Below, piece after piece: positions 35,969 through 46,153 of a stretch of 64,000 nt of DNA (positions are counted from its first letter, which is position 1; each line of letters begins with the position of its first letter). Below the pieces are notes generated by a model. That model was not told where the DNA came from. It saw nothing but the letters and a program-made list of their open reading frames with translations, and did no database searches. The stretch lies in contig SFIR01000002.1 in NCBI GenBank assembly GCA_004556165.1, positions 2,118 to 66,117 on the forward strand, read 5' to 3'. The stretch comes from Clostridiales bacterium. Its GTDB lineage: Bacteria > Bacillota > Clostridia > Christensenellales > CAG-138. The position numbers and the translations under genes were made by a program.

Positions 35969-37012
35969 CTATGCTCGCGTTTTCCCTGTAAAAAGTATCG
36001 CAATTATTGTTGCTGCAGCCGATGTCAGCGCAGCGCAGGCAGCTATTTCACCGATCGCTATTGCGTTTCGAGTCAATAACACGGAATCAAGCCCGTTAAT
36101 GACCGCATTTGCTCCGCTGTAGAATAACGGAAAAAGCACAAAGCAAACGAGTGCCGAAATAAGCCCTTGGACGAGCTTTGTAAATAGATACGGCAGAATC
36201 TGAGTTTTAGCCACGCTCATAGACTGAACGGCGATACAGATACCGCCGAACGAGAGCATGAAGCTTATCAAAGCACAGCTGCTTCTGAGGTCCGTGCCTG
36301 AAGCAGCGGCCCTTGATATCCCGTTAGTCATTTCCAATAAACCGCAGAGCATGGTTTTGAGCTTTGGGCTAATAATGGCTGAAATATACTGTCCGTCAAG
36401 CATACCGGTAATTACACTGAAAAAGACGATCGCACCTCCGATTTTCATTACAACCGCAACAGCATTTTCGATAGCTGCCGGCAAAACCTCGGAGAGCCTG
36501 CAGCCATCAATAGCTTTGGAATACTGGCAGGAACAGTTTTTCTTATTGAATAATGTAAAGAGGAGTACAAGTATACTCGCAGTTCCGTAATGTGAAACAA
36601 GGAAAAGAAGAGCAAGCTTTGCTCTTCCGAGCATACTCCCTGCAACGGTTCCGATAATGAAAACAGGATTTGAGAGATTACAGAGCGCAGACAGGATGCT
36701 GCGCTTATTTTTGGAAAGCTTCGGCGTGCTTCCTCCAAAGCCTGCTTCTACAAGAAATGAACCCGTCGGCGAACCGGCGGCTGCTGATAAGAGGAAAATC
36801 TTTGCCGTATTTACAAGCATGCTATTTGAATTTACTTCGAATATGCCGAGCAGTTTCATCGCTTGGACACATACGGTAAACGGGAACAGGGCGGGGAAGA
36901 CATTTGTAATAAAAAGCTCAAAACCCCTTGCCGCACCTATCATCGACTGCGAGCTGAAGAACAGAAGTATAATGCATAGTATTATCACTATTACTGTAAA
37001 AACATGCCTCAT
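35969..37012 (-). CDS. ylbJ: sporulation integral membrane protein YlbJ-like (nucleoside recognition domain)
   Basis: 347 aa polytopic protein. The N-terminus 'GFELFITNVFPALFPFTVCVQAMKLLG' resembles YlbJ. It is syntenic with B. subtilis rsmD-coaD-ylbJ. Confidence 0.7.
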   Translation of the reverse strand: MRHVFTVIVIILCIILLFFSSQSMIGAARGFELFITNVFPALFPFTVCVQAMKLLGIFEVNSNSMLVNTAKIFLLSAAAGSPTGSFLVEAGFGGSTPKLSKNKRSILSALCNLSNPVFIIGTVAGSMLGRAKLALLFLVSHYGTASILVLLFTLFNKKNCSCQYSKAIDGCRLSEVLPAAIENAVAVVMKIGGAIVFFSVITGMLDGQYISAIISPKLKTMLCGLLEMTNGISRAAASGTDLRSSCALISFMLSFGGICIAVQSMSVAKTQILPYLFTKLVQGLISALVCFVLFPLFYSGANAVINGLDSVLLTRNAIAIGEIAACAALTSAAATIIAILFTGKTRA

Positions 37013-37054
37013 GACAAAAACTATGTCATGAGGCAGATTTTTATGAAGGCAGCA

Positions 37055-38245
37055 TTACAGAACGATCAGCGGTGCTGAAAAAGGATCGCTCGCGCTTATG
37101 TCTCCGGGATTCGCGAGCGCATGAATACGCGATGCGAGCGAAGAATGCTCGAAAACGAGCCTGGCATTTTCAGATAAGCCGTCTAAATCCGAATGCCTTG
37201 TGATGATGGGAAGCATTGCCGACGTTCCGAGCGCGGAGAGCAGCCCTGAATCCTTGCGTACTCCGAGAACACGTATATAGAGAGCGTCGGAAGCGTTCAG
37301 CGCCATATCCTGAAGCTCCGCAGTTGTACCGAGAAGTGCATTTATCAGTATTCTTTTGATCCTTGCCATCGTGTATCGCTTCGATTTGATACCGAAAATC
37401 AAATCCCGATAGCTTTTTTCTTCACATGCAGAGCGGAAGATAGTATTTTCAAGCCCTTCAGATACTTCCGCAAGCTGAGCAATGCCCGATGGCCCAAGCC
37501 TGCGAAGTGAATAGAAGATTGCAGAGGTCAGGTGTTCGGAGGCAGCAGGGAACCGACCCGATGCAATAGACTGTGCAATATCGCTTGAAACATCCTCGGG
37601 CAGCGAAGAAGAACAGATACCCGATGATACCGAAAAGGAAGCCCGTATGGCCGCTGCTGACGCGAACGGAGTGTTCGGTGAATTGTCATTATATCCCGAG
37701 CCAACCCGCTTTACGGTATAAGAATTCAATTCGGGATTTATCCTTTTGATTGCTCTTAGATACTCAATGCCAAGCAGATTATTCGGGGAAGCTAAAAGGC
37801 TTTCCGAACCTTGAGAGGCAGCGGCAAGGCTCATTGCTGCGGAATACGGTTTCCCCTCAGCAAGATGAGACCTCAAAATATCGGTATCCGGTACGGCTTC
37901 GGAAGCATGCTTCAGCATCGCAATGTCACCGCATTCGCTCCCGAAGCAGATGCCGGAAACAAGCCCGGTCGCATTAAGAAGCTTAATGCCGCTGAAAGCG
38001 AAACGCTCTGCACAGGATACAGAAAGCACATCGGGGAGCTCAATAACCATGTCGGCACCGTTTCGGATTGCCCATCGTGCTCTCGTATATTTATCAACGC
38101 ATGCCGGTTCGCCCCTTTGAACGAAGCTTGCGCTCATGCAGACAACTGCAAAGTCGGCCCCGGAAATCCGTTTGGCTTCCGCAATGTGATATGCATGTCC
38201 GTTATGGAAGGGATTGTATTCGGCAATTATTCCTATGCAGTTCAA
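37055..38245 (-). CDS. tmcAL: tRNA(Met) cytidine acetate ligase (YlbM family nucleotidyltransferase)
   Basis: 'IIAEYNPFHNGHAYHI' (HxGH) and 'MSASFVQRGEPA...KYTRA'. It occupies the ylbM position in the synteny. Confidence 0.85.
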   Translation of the reverse strand: MNCIGIIAEYNPFHNGHAYHIAEAKRISGADFAVVCMSASFVQRGEPACVDKYTRARWAIRNGADMVIELPDVLSVSCAERFAFSGIKLLNATGLVSGICFGSECGDIAMLKHASEAVPDTDILRSHLAEGKPYSAAMSLAAASQGSESLLASPNNLLGIEYLRAIKRINPELNSYTVKRVGSGYNDNSPNTPFASAAAIRASFSVSSGICSSSLPEDVSSDIAQSIASGRFPAASEHLTSAIFYSLRRLGPSGIAQLAEVSEGLENTIFRSACEEKSYRDLIFGIKSKRYTMARIKRILINALLGTTAELQDMALNASDALYIRVLGVRKDSGLLSALGTSAMLPIITRHSDLDGLSENARLVFEHSSLASRIHALANPGDISASDPFSAPLIVL

Positions 38246-38389
38246 GATAAAACTCCATTTTATATTTTAATCCGTGCTACAAAAGCATGCACAATTATGT
38301 TATAATACAAAAGGATTCATTCGTCAATGGTTTTTGACGTCAAATGCTATTACAACTGCTTCTGCAGCGAATTTGAAAGGATAGGAAAA

Positions 38390-39595
38390 ATGAAAGTTCT
38401 CGTAATCAATGCCGGAAGTTCTTCCCTTAAGTATCAGCTGATCGATGTTGATACCAAGGATGTTATCGCAAAGGGCCTCGTAGATCGTATCGGCATCAGC
38501 GACTCAAACGTTATTTATAAGCCTGCTATGGGCAAGACCGGCTTTGCTGTCGTTCGCGATGTTAAGGATCATACCGAAGCTATCCGCCTCGTTATTGATG
38601 CAATGCTCGATCCCGTAAACGGCGTTATCAAGAGCATGGATGAGATCGATGCAGTCGGTCACCGCGTTGTACACGGCGGCGAAAAGTTCACAGCCCCCGT
38701 CCTTATCAATGATGCCGTAATGGAGACCATCGAGACACTCACCGATCTTGCACCGCTCCATAATCCTGCAAACATGATGGGTATCCGTGCCTGCCGCGAG
38801 ATCATGCCAAACGCTCCCATGGTTGCAGTATTCGATACCGCATTCCATCAGACCATGCCTGCGGAAGCTTATATCTACGCGCTGCCCTATGAAGCATATA
38901 CCGATAACATGGTTCGCCGCTACGGCTTCCACGGGACTTCGCATAACTACGTTTCCAAGGTCGCTGTCGAAATGCTCGGCAAGCCTGCTGAGGAGACCAA
39001 GATTGTCACCTGCCATCTCGGCAACGGTTCTTCCATCGCTGCTGTAAAGGGCGGCAAGTGCATTGATACCAGCATGGGCCTGACTCCCCTTGAAGGCGTT
39101 CCAATGGGTACGCGCTGTGGAGACATAGATCCTGCGATCGTCCTCTATCTGATGAAGAAGCTCAATCTCAATGTCAATGAGATGGATGCTTATTTAAACA
39201 AAAAGAGCGGTGTGCTCGGCATCAGCGGCGTATCAAGCGACATGCGTGATATTGAGGCTGCCGCAAAGCAGGGGAACGAGCGCGCAGAGCTTGCTCTTGC
39301 GACCCTTGCATACAAGGTCAAGAAGTACATCGGCGCATATGTTGCCGCAATGGACGGCGTTGACGCCATCGTATTCACCGCAGGTGTGGGCGAGAATGCA
39401 GCCAACATCCGCGAACGCATCATTAGCGGTCTTGGCTATCTCGGCGTTGTTCCCGATTATGAGCTCAACAGCAATTGCCCCAGGGGTCAAAATGTTGAGA
39501 TCAGCAAGCCGGAGAGCAGCGTAAAGGTCTTTGTCATCCCCACTGATGAAGAAATGATGATCGCCACCCAGACCGCTGAGCTTGTAAAGGCATAA
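38390..39595 (+). CDS. ackA: acetate kinase
   Basis: 'MKVLVINAGSSSLKYQL', 'GHRVVHGG', 'FDTAFHQTMP' and 'RYGFHGTSH'. The true start is probably the ATG at 38390. Confidence 0.95.
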   Translation: MKVLVINAGSSSLKYQLIDVDTKDVIAKGLVDRIGISDSNVIYKPAMGKTGFAVVRDVKDHTEAIRLVIDAMLDPVNGVIKSMDEIDAVGHRVVHGGEKFTAPVLINDAVMETIETLTDLAPLHNPANMMGIRACREIMPNAPMVAVFDTAFHQTMPAEAYIYALPYEAYTDNMVRRYGFHGTSHNYVSKVAVEMLGKPAEETKIVTCHLGNGSSIAAVKGGKCIDTSMGLTPLEGVPMGTRCGDIDPAIVLYLMKKLNLNVNEMDAYLNKKSGVLGISGVSSDMRDIEAAAKQGNERAELALATLAYKVKKYIGAYVAAMDGVDAIVFTAGVGENAANIRERIISGLGYLGVVPDYELNSNCPRGQNVEISKPESSVKVFVIPTDEEMMIATQTAELVKA

Positions 39596-39632
39596 TTTAT
39601 TCATTATATTTTCAAAAAACACGGTTTAGCTG

Positions 39633-39661
39633 TTGACAAGACAACCCGATGCATATAAAAT
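39633..39661 (+). promoter_or_regulatory. sigma-A promoter of the yceD(ylbN)-rpmF operon
   Basis: TTGACA, 17 nt spacer, TAAAAT, about 40 nt upstream of GTG 39702. Confidence 0.6.
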
Positions 39662-39701
39662 ATGAAAGGTTGTATTGTACAACTTTGGATAGGAGCATTG
39701 T

Positions 39702-40226
39702 GTGGAACTGAATGTTGCTGCAGAGTTAAAGCTTGCGGGGAGACCTTCAAGCAGGCATTTTGAGGAGAATATGCAGCCGATTGATTTCGGCGGACATAAG
39801 CTCGTATTCACTATGCCGGTGTCAGTCGACCTGACCTATGTTTTTGATGGGGAAGGATTCAACGTGGCAGGCGTGCTCAGCTCAAGGCTCATGATGAACT
39901 GCACAAAGTGTAATGAGGAATTCGAACAGGATTTCAGTGTTGATTTTTCGGAAAGGTTCATTAAGACCTCTGAAAATGAAGCGGAAGAGCTTGAATGCTA
40001 TCCCTTCAATGGTGAAACATTGGATCTGAATAAGATGGTGTTTGATCTTATCATCCTCAATGCTCCGTTATACGGCTTATGCAAGCCGGACTGCAAGGGG
40101 CTTTGCCCCGTTTGCGGCTGTAATTTGAATACAATGCAGTGTTCGTGTTCAAAATCGGTGAAGAATGCCAACTTCTCCTCCTTGGAAGAACTCGCGCAAC
40201 TGCTCAATGATGAAGAGGAGGTGTAG
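39702..40226 (+). CDS. yceD: YceD/YlbN (DUF177) family protein
   Basis: C-terminal Cys cluster 'CKPDCKGLCPVCGCNLN...CSC'. It lies immediately upstream of rpmF, as is usual. Confidence 0.85.
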   Translation: MELNVAAELKLAGRPSSRHFEENMQPIDFGGHKLVFTMPVSVDLTYVFDGEGFNVAGVLSSRLMMNCTKCNEEFEQDFSVDFSERFIKTSENEAEELECYPFNGETLDLNKMVFDLIILNAPLYGLCKPDCKGLCPVCGCNLNTMQCSCSKSVKNANFSSLEELAQLLNDEEEV

Positions 40227-40229
40227 AAA

Positions 40230-40421
40230 ATGGCAGTACCTAAGAGAAAAACATCGAAAGCAAGGCGTGACAAGCGTAGAGCTAACTGGAAGCTGACCGT
40301 CCCCGCTATCGTTGAATGCCCCCAGTGCCACGAGAAGAAGCTGGCTCACAGGGTTTGCAGGCATTGCGGTTACTATGATGGCGAGCAGGTCATCAAGATG
40401 GACGAAGAAGAGAACAAGTAA
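40230..40421 (+). CDS. rpmF: 50S ribosomal protein L32
   Basis: '[18 protein letters not shown]' and the zinc-ribbon '[18 protein letters not shown]'. Confidence 0.95.
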   Translation: MAVPKRKTSKARRDKRRANWKLTVPAIVECPQCHEKKLAHRVCRHCGYYDGEQVIKMDEEENK

Positions 40422-40448
40422 TCCGTCTGTCAGCAATTTGAGTTATTA

Positions 40449-40482
40449 TTAGGGTATGCCTTTTGTATACCCTAATTTGTGT
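40449..40482 (+). terminator. rho-independent terminator after rpmF
   Basis: TTAGGGTAT (40449-40457) pairs with ATACCCTAA (40467-40475), followed by TTTGTGTT. Confidence 0.65.
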
Positions 40483-40511
40483 TATCTAAAATGATTATGT
40501 GTAATCACTGA

Positions 40512-40544
40512 AATACTCCGCAGAATCTTCTTCTGCGGAGTATT
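40512..40544 (-). terminator. stem-loop terminator downstream of ftsY
   Basis: Perfect 14-bp stem AATACTCCGCAGAA / TTCTGCGGAGTATT with a 5-nt loop, 10 nt beyond the ftsY stop. Confidence 0.65.
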
Positions 40545-40553
40545 CTCAAAATA

Positions 40554-41474
40554 TCACATCAACGCTTCTGCAAAAGCCTCGGCATCAAATGGCTGGAGAT
40601 CATCAATTCCTTCGCCGACCCCGACAAACCGCACGGGAAGTCCGAGCTCATCCTTGACTGCGACCGCAACGCCTCCCTTGGCGGTACCGTCGAGCTTAGT
40701 CAAAATTATACCGGTTAACCCTGCGCTTGCTCCGAAGACCTGAGCCTGAGCAATGGCATTCTGACCGGTGGTTGCATCGAGAACGAGCAATACTTCCACA
40801 GGCACTCCGGGAAGATCGCGATCGATTATTCTGCGCATCTTTGAAAGCTCGTTCATAAGGTTGACCTTGTTATGAAGCCTTCCTGCGGTGTCACAGATAA
40901 GAACATTGCATTTCTTAGCCTTGAATGAAGCGATTGCATCATAAACTACCGCTGCCGGATCGGCACCTTCATTATGCTTCACGATGGGTACACCTGCCCG
41001 TTCAGCCCAAATAGTCAGCTGTTCGGCAGCAGCTGCGCGGAAAGTGTCGGCAGCTGCAAGCATAACGGATTTGCCTTCGGACTTATACATTGCTGCAAGC
41101 TTGCCTATGGAAGTCGTCTTTCCGACGCCGTTGACACCAACGACCATTATCACAGCCTGATCGGTATCGGTCAGGAAATCAGTATCGGGCTGCATTCTGT
41201 CCGCCAAAAGACGAACCAAAACACGCTTCGCCTCCGATCTGGTATGGATTTTGTTCTCTTTTAGCTCGTTACGCAATGAATCCAATACTTTCTGAGTCGT
41301 TGCCATACCCATATCCGAGATGATCATCGCTTCTTCGAGATCATCATAGAATTCAGAATTGATCTTCTCGTCAGTCTCAACAAACAGACTTCCGAAAAGC
41401 GTATCACGGGTCTTTTTAAGGCCGTCCTTTAATTTTGAAAAAAGCCCTTTCTTCTTTTCAGGTGATTTATCCAT
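40554..41474 (-). CDS. ftsY: signal recognition particle receptor FtsY
   Basis: SRP54-type GTPase motifs '[15 protein letters not shown]', 'DTAGR' and '[10 protein letters not shown]'. Confidence 0.95.
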   Translation of the reverse strand: MDKSPEKKKGLFSKLKDGLKKTRDTLFGSLFVETDEKINSEFYDDLEEAMIISDMGMATTQKVLDSLRNELKENKIHTRSEAKRVLVRLLADRMQPDTDFLTDTDQAVIMVVGVNGVGKTTSIGKLAAMYKSEGKSVMLAAADTFRAAAAEQLTIWAERAGVPIVKHNEGADPAAVVYDAIASFKAKKCNVLICDTAGRLHNKVNLMNELSKMRRIIDRDLPGVPVEVLLVLDATTGQNAIAQAQVFGASAGLTGIILTKLDGTAKGGVAVAVKDELGLPVRFVGVGEGIDDLQPFDAEAFAEALM

Positions 41475-41488
41475 TGATTGTCTCCTTA

Positions 41489-44400
41489 TTACTTTGTAAA
41501 TTTAGCAGATACGAGCGAGGAAACGCCTCTTTCCTCCATTGATACGCCGTAAAGCGTATTGCATACCGCCATTGCACCTTTTCTGTGCGTGATTATTATG
41601 AACTGCGTTCCCGTAGAGTATTTCTTGAGGTATTCGGCAAAATTATCAACGTTTGCTTCATCGAGCGAAGTGTCTATCTCGTCAAGAATACAGAATGCCG
41701 CAGGCTTCAGCTTGAGAATGGCAAACAGCAGAGCTATTGCGGTCAATGCCTGCTCGCCGCCGGAAAGCAGGGAAAGAAGCTGTAATTTCTTTCCCGGAGG
41801 CTGCGCAATGATGTCAATATTGCAGTTAAGCACATCGTTGGTATCGGAAAGCACAAGCTCGGCTCGACCGCCGCCGAACAGTTCAAGGAAGGTGGAACTG
41901 AAATTTTTTTGTATCAATGCAAACTGTTCCTTAAACTCCTTTTCCATCGTTGCAGTGAGCTTCGAAATGAGCTCATTCAGATCAGCCTCCGCCTGTTTCA
42001 GGTCACTGCACTGCGCCGATAGCTCATTATAGCGAGTGCTAACATCGCGATAGTCTTCAATAGCGGCGGTATTGACCGTTCCGAGAGCTTTAATACTCTT
42101 TTTCAGTTCATCCGCACGAATATGTGACGGAGTGATCTGAATATCGTGACGGAAGGGGAGTGCATTTTCGTATGTGAGCTCATATTCGCTCCAGAGACGG
42201 TCGGTGGCTGCCTGCATATCGATCTGGGCGCGGTTCAGGTTAAGCTCGAAACGATGCTTGCGGTCGCGCATTTCAACGAGCTGCTGAGTAATATGCTCAC
42301 GCGATGCTCTCTTTTCATCAAGAGCCTTGAGCCGCTCCGCACGTTCGCTTTCAAGATGCTTCAGCTCTTCGTTCAGCTTTTCAAATCTATCCCTATCCGA
42401 ATTCAATTCATAAACGAGAGAATTCCTTTCGGCTTCAATCTCGGAAATTGCTGAAAATGCACTGCTGCAAGCTCTTTCACATGACTGCACGGAAGAATTA
42501 AGCTCGGAAATCTCCTTTTCAAGACGCTTTGCCTCAGCTTCCGATGCACTGAGCTCTTTATCGGATGCCGTCAGCCGGACACGGACATCGGTAAGAGCAT
42601 TATTTGCTTTTTGCAGCTCGCCTCGAAGCAGCGAGATCTCCTGCTGCACGGAACGAATATCATCATTTGTAACGGCATTGCCGTCGGAAAGACCCGTTGC
42701 ATCGGCAAGTGCCTTTTCGCGTTCCGCCTCAATATCGGCTAACGAATCACGAATCTTTTCGGCTTCATCATCAAGCTTTGCGATTAGATCTATGTTCTTC
42801 TGAACATATTTATTGACGATATCCGCTTTTTCTTTGAATGACGCGACTTGCACTTCCAGCGCTCTGAGGGAATCGACCGCCTGCGAAACATCTGTATTCG
42901 CTTTTTCAAGCTCGTCATTAAGTCCGAAAATCTTAGCAGAAATATCGGTGATACTGCTTTCGGTTTGCTTTATCGTGCGGTTCAGCTCTTCGATCTCGCG
43001 CTCACGCCCGAGAAGACTGAATTCACGCTTCTGTATGCTTCCGCCGGTCATACTGCCGCCGGGATTCAGAATATCGCCCTTAAGAGTGGCAATACGGAAA
43101 GACGAGTGAGCGCGCTTATTGATTGCAATACCGACATCAATATCACGAACTATGACGACACGGCCCAGCAGGTTTTCAATAACGCTGCGGTAGGCAGGGG
43201 AGTAACTGATGAGATCCGATGCAACCCCATAGCAGCCGTCCATGTTGATAAACGAACGCTCCTCGCTCGTAAGCAAACGTGGCTTCATTGCGTTTACGGG
43301 AAGAAGGGTAGCTCTGCCGTAATCGTTTTTTCTGAGATATTCGATTATGAATTTCGCATCCTGCTCATTTGGGACAACAATATTTTGAAGAGCAGTGCCG
43401 AGTGCCATTTCAACAGCATCCACATATTCCGGCGGAACGGAAATGAGCTCCGCTACGACTCCGTGTATGCAGGATTTGAGCCGTGTATTGCGCTCGGCAT
43501 CGTTAAGCAGCCTGCGGACGCTTGAATAATACCCCTCATGAGCTCGCTTCATTTCGGTCAGTACTTTGATGCGCGAGCGCATGGAGTTGACGGAATCTTC
43601 GCTCTCTCTTTGCTTACGGGATAAAGAGAAAATCTGCTCGTTTACGGCGTTCACTCTGTCAGTGGCTTTAGTCAGTGCATCGTTGCAAAGCACTTTCTCT
43701 GATGCGACGGAATCAAGGGCAACATTTGCTTCATTCAGCTCAGTACTCAGCTTTTGACCCTCCGATTCATATTCGCTTCGCTCCGAAATGATTGCGGAAA
43801 GCCTGTCCGACAGCGAAGACCGCATGGCATCGAATCGGGAAATCCTGCTTTTGGTATCCGCAATGCGGTTCATCGCGTCCATCATGGCCTGCTTGCGGTT
43901 CTCAAGCAAGGCCTCTTTTTCGGTTATCTTATCTTCGATTTCGCGCAGCTTGGCTTCCGCAGCGGAGAACTCCTTATTCAGCAGCGCATAATTCCTGTTT
44001 TCTTTTTCGCATGCATCTTTACAGCATCGAAGCATTTCTTCGGCAGCATTGATCTTAGCTCGGTATTCTTCGGATTGTGCATTCAGCCGCTGTATCTCGG
44101 CTTCAAGCGCACGTTTTTTCTCAAGCAGCAGATTCTCGCGTCCGGCAGCCGATTCAACATCTGAGGACATGGATACAAGTTTTTGCGAAACCTCACTTAT
44201 TGTGACGGAAAGCCCGCGTTCGCGTTCCTCTTCCTCATTGCAAGCCGCAGCGATCAACGATTCTTCGATGACAGTATTATCTATAGCAGACGCTAATGCA
44301 TCGGCGGACTCGGTCAGCTGTGCAGCTTTTTCCGCCGCTCGGTCGTACTGATACAGAAGCAGGTTGATCTCAAGATCACGCAGCTCCTCACGGTATTTGA

Positions 44401-45046
44401 AATATTCGGTTGCTTTTTCGCTGTCCAGCCTAAGCGGTTCAAGCCGTGATTCAAGCTCGAAAATTATATCGTCAAGGCGAATTAGATTTTTCTTTGTGTT
44501 ATCGAGCTTGCGCTCGGCTTCTTCCTTGCGCGCACGGTATTTCATGACTCCGGCGGCTTCCTCGAATACGTCCCTTCTGTCACCGGATCTATCGGAAAGA
44601 ATCTCACCGACACGTCCCTGACCTATTATGGAATAACCGTCCTTGCCGATTCCCGTATCGCGGAAAAGCTCATGTATGTCCTTCAATCGGCAGGGAGTTT
44701 TGTTGATGAAGTATTCGCTTTCGCCGGAACGATAGGCATGACGGGAAACAACGACTTCGGAGAAGGGGGAAGCAAGGGTACCGTCGGAATTATCAAAATA
44801 CATCGAGACCTGACAATATGACATAGCCTTACGCTTTTCGGTACCGCCGAAGATGAAGTCCTCAACCTTTTTGCCTCGGAGCGCTCTCGCGCTCTGCTCA
44901 CCGAGAACGAAACGAAATGCATCTGCAATATTGCTTTTACCGCAGCCGTTAGGCCCGAGAATACCGGTAATACCGGGCTCAAATATGAGCTCGGTACGTT
45001 TGGCAAATGATTTAAATCCGTTTATTTCAAGCTTAGTTAACTGCAT
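41489..45046 (-). CDS. smc: chromosome segregation protein SMC
   Basis: 1185 aa. N-terminal 'GPNGCGKSN', long coiled coils, a hinge, and C-terminal 'LSGGE' and 'LDEIDTSLD'. Confidence 0.95.
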   Translation of the reverse strand: MQLTKLEINGFKSFAKRTELIFEPGITGILGPNGCGKSNIADAFRFVLGEQSARALRGKKVEDFIFGGTEKRKAMSYCQVSMYFDNSDGTLASPFSEVVVSRHAYRSGESEYFINKTPCRLKDIHELFRDTGIGKDGYSIIGQGRVGEILSDRSGDRRDVFEEAAGVMKYRARKEEAERKLDNTKKNLIRLDDIIFELESRLEPLRLDSEKATEYFKYREELRDLEINLLLYQYDRAAEKAAQLTESADALASAIDNTVIEESLIAAACNEEEERERGLSVTISEVSQKLVSMSSDVESAAGRENLLLEKKRALEAEIQRLNAQSEEYRAKINAAEEMLRCCKDACEKENRNYALLNKEFSAAEAKLREIEDKITEKEALLENRKQAMMDAMNRIADTKSRISRFDAMRSSLSDRLSAIISERSEYESEGQKLSTELNEANVALDSVASEKVLCNDALTKATDRVNAVNEQIFSLSRKQRESEDSVNSMRSRIKVLTEMKRAHEGYYSSVRRLLNDAERNTRLKSCIHGVVAELISVPPEYVDAVEMALGTALQNIVVPNEQDAKFIIEYLRKNDYGRATLLPVNAMKPRLLTSEERSFINMDGCYGVASDLISYSPAYRSVIENLLGRVVIVRDIDVGIAINKRAHSSFRIATLKGDILNPGGSMTGGSIQKREFSLLGREREIEELNRTIKQTESSITDISAKIFGLNDELEKANTDVSQAVDSLRALEVQVASFKEKADIVNKYVQKNIDLIAKLDDEAEKIRDSLADIEAEREKALADATGLSDGNAVTNDDIRSVQQEISLLRGELQKANNALTDVRVRLTASDKELSASEAEAKRLEKEISELNSSVQSCERACSSAFSAISEIEAERNSLVYELNSDRDRFEKLNEELKHLESERAERLKALDEKRASREHITQQLVEMRDRKHRFELNLNRAQIDMQAATDRLWSEYELTYENALPFRHDIQITPSHIRADELKKSIKALGTVNTAAIEDYRDVSTRYNELSAQCSDLKQAEADLNELISKLTATMEKEFKEQFALIQKNFSSTFLELFGGGRAELVLSDTNDVLNCNIDIIAQPPGKKLQLLSLLSGGEQALTAIALLFAILKLKPAAFCILDEIDTSLDEANVDNFAEYLKKYSTGTQFIIITHRKGAMAVCNTLYGVSMEERGVSSLVSAKFTK

Positions 45047-45054
45047 TTATAACC

Positions 45055-45765
45055 TTATGTGGGTTGGCTGAGCAGCTCAAGAGTTGCTTTTGCTGCGTTC
45101 TGACCTGCTTCCTGCTTTGTTCTGCCGTCGCCGAAACCATAGACGGTATCGCCTATGCTGACCTGCATGGTGAATACACGCATATGGTCGGGACCGGAAA
45201 TACCAATAACGGTATATGCAAGCTCGCCGAGATGATTTCTCTGCACGTATTCCTGCAGCAAGGTCTTATAGTCCTTGACACTTACGCTCTTGATAGCATC
45301 TTCGATGCTTGTCTTTACGAAGCTCAGGATGAATCTTTTAGCAGGCGCAAAGCCTCCGTCGAGATATATGGCTCCGATAACCGCTTCAAGCGCATCAGAG
45401 AGGATGGACGGCTTATCGCGTCCGCCGGTATTCTCCTCACCATGGCTCAAAAGCAAATAATCACCGAGATTCAGCTGTTCTGCGACCTGATAAAGAGCGG
45501 GCTCATATACTGCCCTTGATCTCGTGCGGGTCATTAAGCCTTCATTCATCTTGGGATAATTAAGATACAGGTATTCGCTTACGCAAAGCTCAAGTACAGC
45601 ATCACCCAGAAACTCCATGCGCTCATTATGCTTACGCGCTTTGTTCTCGCCATTTACATAGGAAGAATGGGTAAGCGCAGTGTTAAGAGTGTCAATATCA
45701 GTGAAGCTGTAGCTGAGCTTTGCGGAGAATTCATTAAGCTGTTCAATGCGTTCCTTCTGAAGCAT
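45055..45765 (-). CDS. rnc: ribonuclease III
   Basis: 'ERMEFLGDAVLE' signature plus a C-terminal dsRBD 'GDGRTKQEAGQNAA'. The ATG at 45765 lies 6 nt after GGAGG. Confidence 0.9.
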   Translation of the reverse strand: MLQKERIEQLNEFSAKLSYSFTDIDTLNTALTHSSYVNGENKARKHNERMEFLGDAVLELCVSEYLYLNYPKMNEGLMTRTRSRAVYEPALYQVAEQLNLGDYLLLSHGEENTGGRDKPSILSDALEAVIGAIYLDGGFAPAKRFILSFVKTSIEDAIKSVSVKDYKTLLQEYVQRNHLGELAYTVIGISGPDHMRVFTMQVSIGDTVYGFGDGRTKQEAGQNAAKATLELLSQPT

Positions 45766-45841
45766 TATTTCCTCCGCAATCATTACGAGATAAGCCATAC
45801 CTCATCAATGCACTTTGACGAGGTATGGACAAAAAAACTAT

Positions 45842-46066
45842 TTACTTTGCAGCTTCGATGTAGCTGATAATATCACCAATGGTCTTGATCTTGGGAAGAT
45901 CTTCATCGGGTATCTCAATTCCGTAGTTTTCTTCGAGACCCATTACGAGTTCCACGATGTCAAGTGAATCGGCTTTCAGGTCCTCAATAAGCCTTGAATC
46001 GATCTTGATACTGTCAACAGGAATGTTGAGCTGAGCAGCAATGCTCTCGCGAATTTCATTAAGCAT
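45842..46066 (-). CDS. acpP: acyl carrier protein
   Basis: 74 aa with the phosphopantetheine site 'LKADSLDIVELVMGLEE'. Confidence 0.95.
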   Translation of the reverse strand: MLNEIRESIAAQLNIPVDSIKIDSRLIEDLKADSLDIVELVMGLEENYGIEIPDEDLPKIKTIGDIISYIEAAK

Positions 46067-46153
46067 AATTCTTTCTCCTTTAAAGTTTTGCTGATAGTCA
46101 TTTTACTCTAAAACGAGCACGAAGTCAAACCTCAATTCGTTTCTTACGTCCGA

